The notes beneath the pieces are model-generated. The model ran no database searches, was not told where the DNA came from, and worked only from the letters and a program-made list of their open reading frames with translations. Source: an uncultured Clostridia bacterium (GTDB taxonomy: Bacteria; Bacillota; Clostridia; TANB77; CAG-508). From it: 64,000 nt of DNA. The position numbers were made by a program, and so were the translations under genes. Each line of letters starts with the position of its first letter. Within the stretch, counting starts at the first letter, position 1. Of the stretch, positions 39,138 to 46,416 are shown piece by piece. The stretch is taken from contig CAUWGA010000001.1 in NCBI GenBank assembly GCA_963558245.1, positions 82,588-146,587 on the forward strand, read 5' to 3'.

Positions 39138-39176
39138 TTGTCCAATTGGGACAGGGTTCAGGTCCCAATTGGATAT
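39138..39176 (-). repeat. GTCC/GGAC palindromic element, copy C (39-nt form)
   Basis: Minus-strand reading is ATATCCAATTGGGACCTGAACCCTGTCCCAATTGGACAA. Perfect 12-bp stem TCCAATTGGGAC / GTCCCAATTGGA with a 9-nt loop. It abuts the copA SD. Confidence 0.85.
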
Positions 39177-39188
39177 TTTTTCTTCTTT

Positions 39189-39200
39189 TGGTATATACCA
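39189..39200. promoter_or_regulatory. Perfect 12-bp palindrome TGGTATATACCA upstream of copA (candidate operator)
   Basis: Read directly from the sequence. It lies about 65 nt upstream of the copA start, between the anti-sigma gene's stop and repeat copy C. Confidence 0.35.
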
Positions 39201-39257
39201 TACAATCATTTATCTTTTAGTTGAACATGTCCAAGATAAACATTTTTTACTATCATA

Positions 39258-39914
39258 TTACAAATTAGACATACTTAATATTTCATATATAACATACATA
39301 TATGGGTTTGTCCCTGTTATTGTAGTTGTCTTTTTAACCAAATCACTTTTGCTTTTCAATTTTTCTTCTATTTCTTTTACCCATTTTATGTTACTATCTA
39401 CCTCTATATATGGCTTACACGGATTATTATTTTTTTCATATCCATTTAATAAATTTTGACTATCTTTAAACCTTTCTTTCATTTCGTTTAAAACATCTTG
39501 TTTTGTTTTATATATGATTTTAGCATCTTTATCTATGCTATGTATTTCTTGTGTTATCTCATCTAATTGTTCTTTTGTTATTTCTTCATTTAAATATATA
39601 TCCATATTTCCCGCTTTTTTAATATAGTGTGCAAAAATTCCTATATTTAATCCTATTATTAATAGTAATAAGATACTTGAAATTATTATTATTTTATTTT
39701 TCTTATTTATTTTCTTTTTAACATTTTTCAAATAATCTATTTCTATTTTTTTATTATCTTCTGCATTTTCCTCTTTATGTAATTGTTCCCACACATTTTT
39801 ACAGTTTCTACATGTTTTTAAATGTTCTTCTACTAATTCTCTTGAACCTTGTTTTAAAGTATTATCCTTATAGCCAAATAATAAATCTTGCACAATATCA
39901 CACTTATTTTTCAT
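39258..39914 (-). CDS. Anti-sigma factor (zf-HC2) with an FtsX-ECD-like extracytoplasmic domain
   Basis: 218 aa. N-terminal H-x3-C-x2-C (HLKTCRNC), a single TM, then MDIYLNEEITKEQLDEITQEIHSIDKDAKIIYKTKQDVLNEMKERFKDSQNLLNGYEKNNNP, which resembles the FtsX extracellular domain. Confidence 0.75.
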   Translation of the reverse strand: MKNKCDIVQDLLFGYKDNTLKQGSRELVEEHLKTCRNCKNVWEQLHKEENAEDNKKIEIDYLKNVKKKINKKNKIIIISSILLLLIIGLNIGIFAHYIKKAGNMDIYLNEEITKEQLDEITQEIHSIDKDAKIIYKTKQDVLNEMKERFKDSQNLLNGYEKNNNPCKPYIEVDSNIKWVKEIEEKLKSKSDLVKKTTTITGTNPYMYVIYEILSMSNL

Positions 39915-39979
39915 AATTCTCTTTCCTTTCTTACTTTAAATTTGAAAAGAATTAAATTTTGATAATTCCAAAATTATAA

Positions 39980-40468
39980 TTATTTTCCAATTTCTTCGTC
40001 TTTTAATTTTTGCTTTCCACGAAAAAATATCACTCTTGCCCAAGTTTCACTTTTTCCCATAACTTCTGCAATTTCTTTATATGTTAAGTTTCCTAAAATT
40101 CGTAGGTAAATTACATTTTTAGTATCTTCATCAAGTTTTTGTATATTTTTAAAAAGTTGTATTTTATCTTGATGTTTAGAAATTTTTTCTTCAATTATAC
40201 TATCTTCTCTTAATTCATTTATATCGTCTAGTGGAACTTCTTTAATCCTATTTTTCTTTTTACTTTTTCCATACCATATGTATTTTGCAATTTGACATAG
40301 CCATGTAGAAATCTTGCATTTACCTTCAAATTTATTTATATTTTTAATTGCTACTTCAAAAGTTTCTTGAACAATTTCTTCTGATATATCTTCTTTTCCT
40401 GTTAAGCAGAATACATATTTATATAACATATTGGCATATTCTTGATAAATTTTTTCAATATCCTGCAT
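39980..40468 (-). CDS. ECF-type RNA polymerase sigma-70 family factor
   Basis: Region 2 (EEIVQETFEVAIKNINKF) and region 4 (LTYKEIAEVMGKSETWARVIFFRGKQKL). The ATG at 40468 has AGGAGG 7 nt upstream. The track ORF starts at an upstream GTG inside the RBS. Confidence 0.88.
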   Translation of the reverse strand: MQDIEKIYQEYANMLYKYVFCLTGKEDISEEIVQETFEVAIKNINKFEGKCKISTWLCQIAKYIWYGKSKKKNRIKEVPLDDINELREDSIIEEKISKHQDKIQLFKNIQKLDEDTKNVIYLRILGNLTYKEIAEVMGKSETWARVIFFRGKQKLKDEEIGK

Positions 40469-40665
40469 AACAATTCCTCCTTTCACTATATAAGTGTCAA
40501 GAATTATAATTTTGTTACAAAATTTTTTATATTTTTATCAATAATGAATATTCTTAAATTATGAAATTGCTTCTATTGTTGTAAGATGTACTGAATAATT
40601 TATGTTTTTTAGATTTGTAAACTCAACATATTCGTACACCATCAAATTTATAAAAATTTCCCAAA

Positions 40666-40698
40666 ATGTCCACTTTGGACCTGTCCCTAATAGGACAT
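40666..40698 (+). repeat. GTCC/GGAC palindromic element, copy D (33-nt form)
   Basis: Plus-strand reading is ATGTCCACTTTGGACCTGTCCCTAATAGGACAT. Flanks ccaaa/tttgg extend the stem to 11 bp. It overlaps the last codons and stop of the RsmB/F-like gene. Confidence 0.85.
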
Positions 40699-41580
40699 TT
40701 TGGCTACGAAGAATCCTTCGTATTCTTCTGTTGGACATACACACAGTGTTCCTTCTATTGATGTTGGGAGTTGTGGTAATTCTTGTAATATTGTATTTGT
40801 TATTGGTTTTATTTTTGCATTTGATTTTTTTAACACTTGTTTTATGATTTCTTCGTTTTCTTCTTTTAGTATTGAACATGTTGAATATACTATTTCTTTT
40901 CCTGGTTTTAATATTTTTAGTGCTTTTGTTAAAAGGGTAATTTGTGCTTTTACTGATTTTTCTATAAGCTTTGGTGTAAATATTTTTTCTGTTTTTGTAT
41001 TGTTTGCATCTAGTGTTCCGCTTCCACTACAAGGTGCATCTAATAGAATTTGGTCAAATGAAAAGAAATCATCTATTTTTCTACTATCTGTTACCATTAC
41101 ATATGCACATGTTGCTCCTTGTTTTTCAATATTATATCTTAATTTTTCTGCTCTAATATTGTTCATTTCACATGCTGTAATTCTTGCTTTATTATTTACC
41201 ATAGCTGCAATTTGCGTTGTTTTTCCTCCTGGTGCTGCTGTCATATCTAATATATCTGTATTTTCTTTTGGTTCTAATATAATTGGTGGCAACATAGAAG
41301 ATAAACTTTGTAAGTATATTTTTCCTTCTATATATATATCTAGTTTAGTAAGCTCTGTTTCTCTTACATTTTCTATTATAAGAGCTTCTTTGCTCCAATT
41401 CACCATTTTATATTTTATATTATTATTATTTAAAATTTCTTTTATTTCATTTATATTTGATTTTAAAGTATTTACTCTTAATGTCACTTTTCTCTTTTTT
41501 GTATATCCTTCTAATATTTTATCTGCTAATTCTTCCCCATATTGAGCATTCAATTTATCTTGTAAAAACTGTGGTATCAT
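40687..41580 (-). CDS. RsmB/RsmF-type rRNA (cytosine-C5)-methyltransferase (NOL1/NOP2/Sun family), short form
   Basis: 297 aa with the SAM site DMTAAPGGKTTQ and catalytic Cys contexts DAPCSGSGT and YSTCS. It lacks the NusB-like N-domain of full-length RsmB. Confidence 0.88.
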   Translation of the reverse strand: MIPQFLQDKLNAQYGEELADKILEGYTKKRKVTLRVNTLKSNINEIKEILNNNNIKYKMVNWSKEALIIENVRETELTKLDIYIEGKIYLQSLSSMLPPIILEPKENTDILDMTAAPGGKTTQIAAMVNNKARITACEMNNIRAEKLRYNIEKQGATCAYVMVTDSRKIDDFFSFDQILLDAPCSGSGTLDANNTKTEKIFTPKLIEKSVKAQITLLTKALKILKPGKEIVYSTCSILKEENEEIIKQVLKKSNAKIKPITNTILQELPQLPTSIEGTLCVCPTEEYEGFFVAKMSY

Positions 41581-41648
41581 AGTATTTTCTCCATTTTATT
41601 TATCATGTGTTTATTATACACTGTTTTAATTAATTATACAATTTCTCC

Positions 41649-41677
41649 TTGCACAATTTTTTGTTTTTATATATAAT
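41649..41677 (+). promoter_or_regulatory. Candidate sigma-A promoter (TTGCAC-17-TATAAT) for the DUF1064 gene
   Basis: Read directly: ttgcac aattttttgtttttata tataat. Confidence 0.6.
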
Positions 41678-41736
41678 GTGTTAGACAAAAATTTGTTTTA
41701 ACCTAATTGCTATTTTAGAAAGGATTGAAAATAATT

Positions 41737-42087
41737 ATGGAACACTGGAGTGTAGAAGATTATAAAAATTTTACAAGTAATAATTGTAGAAAAAGTAAAT
41801 ATAGAGCTAATAAAGTTTCTATTGATGGTCACACTTTTGATAGTCAAAAAGAAGCTGATTTCTATTGTGAATTAAAGGTTAGATTACAAGCTAAAGAAAT
41901 TAATGGTTTTTGCCTTCAACCAATTTTTATGCTTGCACCAGGTTTAAAATACAAACCAGATTTTATTATTTTTAATAAAGATGGTTCTACTGAAGTTATT
42001 GACGTTAAGGGATTTAAAACTAAAGAATATATCGCAAAGAAAAAAGTTTTTGAAGATAAATATAACTTAAAAATTATTGAATTATAA
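41737..42087 (+). CDS. DUF1064 family protein (phage-associated, nuclease-like fold)
   Basis: SKYRANKVSIDGHTFDSQKEADFYCELK...YKPDFIIF...EVIDVKG matches the DUF1064 pattern. The start could be ATG 41737 or TTG 41725, as in the track. Confidence 0.75.
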   Translation: MEHWSVEDYKNFTSNNCRKSKYRANKVSIDGHTFDSQKEADFYCELKVRLQAKEINGFCLQPIFMLAPGLKYKPDFIIFNKDGSTEVIDVKGFKTKEYIAKKKVFEDKYNLKIIEL

Positions 42088-42150
42088 TAAAAATTTATTT
42101 CTCTTATATCTTATTTTTTGGTTATATAATTTTTTCATTTTATATACCTA

Positions 42151-42185
42151 AAAACTCCCTACTTTTATAGTAGAGAGTTTTTTTG
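42151..42185. terminator. Bidirectional terminator between convergent genes
   Basis: Stem aaactccctac / gtagagagttt with a 7-nt loop. A-run upstream and T-run downstream. Confidence 0.75.
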
Positions 42186-42202
42186 TGCTACGACATTAGC
42201 AA

Positions 42203-42649
42203 TTACATTTGTATTTTGTACTCTGGGCTTTCGTTTATTACCACAAAAATTACTGGTTCGTGATTAGGTACAGCTATTACAATTGGATATAATGTATCAG
42301 ATTCTAATTCTTCAACATTTACAATTAAAAATACTGGCTTTTTCGTTTCTAGCTGTTCTCCATATTCAGAAAGAAAATCTTCATATAAATTTTCATAAAA
42401 AGAGTTTATACTCTCTATTATTACTTCTCTATCAAGAATATCTCCCCAAAAACGTTTCCAAGTTTCTCCACCGAATACATAATGTGGTCTATCTGCTAGC
42501 ATTGCAATTCTTGCATATTCCTTAGATTTCTGAGACTCTTCTGTTTGAAAAGCTTCTAGCATCCAATTCAAATCATTATGCCAGCTTAACTTACTCGCCT
42601 TTTCTGTTACAATCTCTTCTAGTAATGCTTTTGTCATTTTTTCGTCCAT
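42203..42649 (-). CDS. Hypothetical acidic cytoplasmic protein (148 aa), no family recognised
   Basis: Clean ORF with a strong SD (GAAGGAGG, 8-nt spacer), its own consensus promoter and its own terminator. By eye it looks slightly more G+C-rich than its neighbours. Confidence 0.7.
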   Translation of the reverse strand: MDEKMTKALLEEIVTEKASKLSWHNDLNWMLEAFQTEESQKSKEYARIAMLADRPHYVFGGETWKRFWGDILDREVIIESINSFYENLYEDFLSEYGEQLETKKPVFLIVNVEELESDTLYPIVIAVPNHEPVIFVVINESPEYKIQM

Positions 42650-42753
42650 GTTGTATTCCTCCTTCGCTGTATATCCTTAATGGACTTGCACTATGAGAAC
42701 ACTCTAGAAAGGATACATCCTCTCCGTCAAATTCTCTAGTTACATCTTAGTGC
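42650..42753 (-). promoter_or_regulatory. Structured ~100-nt 5' leader (candidate cis-regulatory RNA)
   Basis: Closing helix GCACUA/UAGUGC. Hairpin GGAGAGGA-UGUA-UCCUUUCU. An alternative 9-bp pairing UGUAUCCUU/AAGGAUAUA lies next to the SD. No match to any riboswitch consensus I can recall. Confidence 0.45.
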
Positions 42754-42760
42754 ATTAGTA

Positions 42761-42789
42761 ATTATACTATATTTGTTGCTTTATGTCAA
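42761..42789 (-). promoter_or_regulatory. Consensus sigma-A promoter (TTGACA-17-TATAAT)
   Basis: Minus strand reads ttgaca taaagcaacaaatatag tataat, exact at both hexamers. Confidence 0.8.
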
Positions 42790-42880
42790 TTACATTATAG
42801 TCATAATAGTGTTTATTTCTATCTTTTTGTTTCTATTCAGATTATAGTCATTTAAAAATCAACGTATATAATATATTTTT

Positions 42881-43990
42881 TTACATCTTTATAATTTGTT
42901 CCCATGGTAAGTCTTTTTTTCCAAAATGTCCATAATTAGTTGTTTTTTCATATATTGGTTGTTTTAAATCTAAATATCTAATTATGCCATCAGGTGTTAA
43001 GTCAAATTTTTTTCTTACTATTTCAACAATTTCTTCTTCTGGAATTGTTCCTGTTCCAAATGTATTTATATAAATTGATAATGGCTCCTTCATTCCTATT
43101 GCATAAGATATCTGTATTTCACATCTTTTAGCATATCCATTTGCAATAAGATTTTTAGCTATATATCTTAACATATATGCACTACTTCTATCTACTTTAC
43201 TTGGATCTTTTCCTGAAAATGCTCCTCCACCATGACGTGCATATCCTCCATAGGTATCAACTATAATTTTTCTTCCAGTTAAACCTGTATCTCCTAAAGG
43301 TCCTCCTATAACAAATCTACCTGTTGGATTTATATAAATTTTAGTATCTTCATCAATTAATTTTTTAGGAATGATTACATTTATAACTTTTTGTATTACA
43401 TCTTGTTTTAAGGTTTCTTGATTTACATCACTTTTATGTTGTGTTGAAATTAATATTGTATCAATTCTTTTAGGCTTGTCATCTTCATATTCAACTGTTA
43501 TTTGAGTTTTTCCATCTGGTCTTAAGTAATTTATAATTCCATCTTTTCTAACTTGTGTTAATCTATGTGCCAATTTATGTGCTAAATTTATTGCTAATGG
43601 CATATATTCCTTTGTTTCATCACTAGCATATCCAAACATAATTCCTTGGTCTCCAGCACCACCTATGTCTACTCCCAATGCTATATCTGGACTTTGCTTG
43701 GTTATATTAATATTTATTTTGCAGGTTTTATAATCCATATCAGTTGTTGCATCATCAAATCCTATTTCTTTTATTTTATTTCTTACGATTTTTTCTATAT
43801 CAACTTGTCCTTTAGATGTTATTTGACCTGCTATTGTGATTTCATTTCCCGATGCAAAAGTTTCTACTGCCACTCTTGAATTTTTATCTTGTTTTATATA
43901 TTCATCCAAAATTGTATCTGAAATAGTATCGCATAATTTATCCGGATGACCTTCTGTTACACTTTCTGATGTAAAATAGTATTTTCCCAT
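42881..43990 (-). CDS. metK: S-adenosylmethionine synthetase
   Basis: 369 aa. Contains [28 protein letters not shown] and [16 protein letters not shown]. Confidence 0.96.
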   Translation of the reverse strand: MGKYYFTSESVTEGHPDKLCDTISDTILDEYIKQDKNSRVAVETFASGNEITIAGQITSKGQVDIEKIVRNKIKEIGFDDATTDMDYKTCKININITKQSPDIALGVDIGGAGDQGIMFGYASDETKEYMPLAINLAHKLAHRLTQVRKDGIINYLRPDGKTQITVEYEDDKPKRIDTILISTQHKSDVNQETLKQDVIQKVINVIIPKKLIDEDTKIYINPTGRFVIGGPLGDTGLTGRKIIVDTYGGYARHGGGAFSGKDPSKVDRSSAYMLRYIAKNLIANGYAKRCEIQISYAIGMKEPLSIYINTFGTGTIPEEEIVEIVRKKFDLTPDGIIRYLDLKQPIYEKTTNYGHFGKKDLPWEQIIKM

Positions 43991-44010
43991 TTTGTTTTTT
44001 CTCCCCTATT

Positions 44011-45663
44011 TTAGTATATTTTTTCAAATAATTTATTTACATTCTTTTGTATATATTTTTTTACAATTATTGTTCCAACTAAATATAATATTGTTAAAGT
44101 TCCCATAACAAAATATCCATTATTTATAAGTGCCACATTTGCATAAATAATAATAACTAATATATTTACCATACTAAATATAGCAGGCCACATTAAATTA
44201 ATATTTTGTTTTACTACTGCATACTCAGAATTCCATTCTAATTTTGGCTTTTTCATATCTACTAAAATCATTATATAACTATTAAATATTGCTATTACAA
44301 TACTTGCAATTGCTATTAATATTAAATATAGTAATTGTATTTTAAATAAAAATTTTACCCCCACAATTACAAATAAATTCATTGTTACTGTCATTATTAT
44401 ATTAGGCATTGCTTTATAAGTTATTTGTTTTTCTAATGACAATGGTATATATTTCATAAATACTGCATTTTGTCCATCTCTTGATATAGCAGTTATTGAT
44501 ATATAAATAAACATAGCAAAAAATTGAATTGCACACAATATAGCACTACCTACAAATACAGAATCTTTACCTTGTAACATTGTTCCTATTTGTGTAATAT
44601 CAGCTTCTCCTGAATTCATACCTGCTATAAAAATCACTGTCATCATTATAGGAAGTATAAATATTGGTAATACACATTGCATAAAAAATATTGGATTTCT
44701 AAATAATATTTTAAATTCTTTTCTTATATATGTATTTGCTATTGATTTTTGTTTATATATTTTTTCTTTAATTCCTTTTCTTCTAACTTTTTTACCACTC
44801 GATAAGTTTCCTATTGCACCTTTTAAATATAGTTTTTTTCCTAAAAAGACATAAACTGCATACAGTAAAGTTGTTATAGATACAAGTCCTAATATATTAA
44901 GAATTGCACTTACAGTAGAATTATTAGTTAAACTTTCTATAGCCAAATTTAAAGTAGGAAATCCATTTCTAATCATTTCTACTAGTCCGTTTGCTTTTGA
45001 TATCATTTGTAACATTTGTTCTTCTGATTGGTTTTGACCTGTTAATGTATATGAAATCCCAAAGACAATAACTATAAGTATTATTGTTGCAAAAAGTTGA
45101 AATCTATTTTTATTTTTTGAAAATTTTGAAAAACTCATTATCAATAATACTAATAAACTAGCTAGTAATACTGGCACTATTGGAAAAATAATTAATACCA
45201 ATAATGACATTAAATAATATAAAACTCCTAAATTATTTAATATACCATAAATGCCAAGAGGAATAACACCTATTATTGTAACTATTAAGTACTCTGTTAT
45301 TAGTAAGACATTAGTTTTAGCTATTAATATTTGACTTGATTTTAATGGTAATGGCAATATATATGAATTATCTTTAGAATAATATAGTAAACTCATTGCT
45401 GAAAATAATGTTTGAATTAATACAAACATAGCTATTCCAAGCAAGATTACTCCTATAAAAACTTGTTGCTGATTAATTGTTATTAGACTTTCAACTAAAT
45501 TATAACTAAAAAGTCCTACTATTCCTGCTAAGTAAAGAAAAGCAATAATATATATTGTTACCATTGATTTACTTTTCTTTGAATTCCCACTTTTATTTTC
45601 TGTTTTAATTGTTTGAAACGAATTTTTTATAAACACTTTTGTTAATGTTATTATTTTATTCAT
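44011..45663 (-). CDS. ABC-2/putative ABC exporter permease (polytopic, ~12+ TM)
   Basis: 550 aa and highly hydrophobic. Overlaps the upstream ATPase gene by 8 nt. Confidence 0.75.
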   Translation of the reverse strand: MNKIITLTKVFIKNSFQTIKTENKSGNSKKSKSMVTIYIIAFLYLAGIVGLFSYNLVESLITINQQQVFIGVILLGIAMFVLIQTLFSAMSLLYYSKDNSYILPLPLKSSQILIAKTNVLLITEYLIVTIIGVIPLGIYGILNNLGVLYYLMSLLVLIIFPIVPVLLASLLVLLIMSFSKFSKNKNRFQLFATIILIVIVFGISYTLTGQNQSEEQMLQMISKANGLVEMIRNGFPTLNLAIESLTNNSTVSAILNILGLVSITTLLYAVYVFLGKKLYLKGAIGNLSSGKKVRRKGIKEKIYKQKSIANTYIRKEFKILFRNPIFFMQCVLPIFILPIMMTVIFIAGMNSGEADITQIGTMLQGKDSVFVGSAILCAIQFFAMFIYISITAISRDGQNAVFMKYIPLSLEKQITYKAMPNIIMTVTMNLFVIVGVKFLFKIQLLYLILIAIASIVIAIFNSYIMILVDMKKPKLEWNSEYAVVKQNINLMWPAIFSMVNILVIIIYANVALINNGYFVMGTLTILYLVGTIIVKKYIQKNVNKLFEKIY

Positions 45664-46381
45664 TTTCTGTTATCTCCAAAAATAGATTTTCTAATGATGT
45701 ATTTTCTTTAAATTGCCTTTTCATTTCTTCAAATGTTCCTACAAATACTAATTTTCCTTTATTTATTATTCCAACTCTATCACATAATTTTTCGGCTACT
45801 TCTAGAACATGTGTTGAAAAAAATACTGTATTTCCATTCCTACTATGTTCTCTCATCATTTCTTTTAGGTCAAATGATGATTTTGGGTCTAATCCTGTCA
45901 TTGGCTCATCTAAAATCCAGTTTTTAGGGTTATTTAATAATACTCCACATATTACAATTTTTTGTCTCATACCATGTGAGTAACTTTCTATTTCGCTGTT
46001 TAAATTTTCATAGATTTCAAATTTTTTTGTTAAAAATTCTATTCTTTCTTTTCTAACATCTGAGGGTATTTCATATATTTCTGCTAAAAAATTCAAATAT
46101 TCTATCCCCTTTAATTTTAAAAACATATCTGGATTATCTGGTACAAATCCAAAATTTCTTTTAGCTTCTAATGGTTCTTTTTCTATACTTTTACCATCAA
46201 TATATATATCACCTTCATCAGGATTTAATATACCTGTTATCATTTTTATTGTTGTTGTTTTTCCTGCTCCATTTGGTCCTAAAAATCCAAATATTTCTCC
46301 ATTTCTAATTTCTAAGTTTAAATTATCAATTGATTTCTTTCCTTTTATATATGATTTAGAAACATTTTCTATTTTTATCAT
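45656..46381 (-). CDS. ABC transporter ATP-binding protein
   Basis: 241 aa with GPNGAGKTTT, signature YSHGMRQK and Walker B ILDEPMTGLD. Confidence 0.92.
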   Translation of the reverse strand: MIKIENVSKSYIKGKKSIDNLNLEIRNGEIFGFLGPNGAGKTTTIKMITGILNPDEGDIYIDGKSIEKEPLEAKRNFGFVPDNPDMFLKLKGIEYLNFLAEIYEIPSDVRKERIEFLTKKFEIYENLNSEIESYSHGMRQKIVICGVLLNNPKNWILDEPMTGLDPKSSFDLKEMMREHSRNGNTVFFSTHVLEVAEKLCDRVGIINKGKLVFVGTFEEMKRQFKENTSLENLFLEITENE

Positions 46382-46416
46382 ATTATATTACCTTCCTTAT
46401 TTTATTTATACTAATT

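Noticed and set aside
40559-40879. 106-aa Arg/Lys-rich minus-strand ORF
   Set aside because: It is an out-of-frame overlap with the 3' end of the RsmB/F-like gene and runs through repeat copy D and the intergenic region. It has no RBS, and its composition looks like a frame artefact.
40700-41545. 281-aa plus-strand ORF, plus similar long plus-strand ORFs at 51010..51600, 57671..58204, 36075..36551, 48400..48870, 21584..22063 and 7523..7978
   Set aside because: Each lies entirely antisense to a well-supported minus-strand gene. Their compositions are F/S/I/L-rich and low-complexity, typical of the reverse frame of AT-rich genes. They have no RBS and no recognisable motif.
41725-42087. DUF1064 gene as evidence for a prophage
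   Set aside because: It is a single phage-associated gene. No integrase, terminase, capsid or att-like repeats are nearby. At most it is a remnant.
43991-44010. Expected S-box (SAM-I) riboswitch upstream of metK, and a T-box upstream of metG (62269..62479)
   Set aside because: Only 20 nt separate metK from the upstream permease gene, which leaves no room for a riboswitch. The metG leader shows no T-box sequence or specifier-loop architecture, only the repeat-dimer hairpin.
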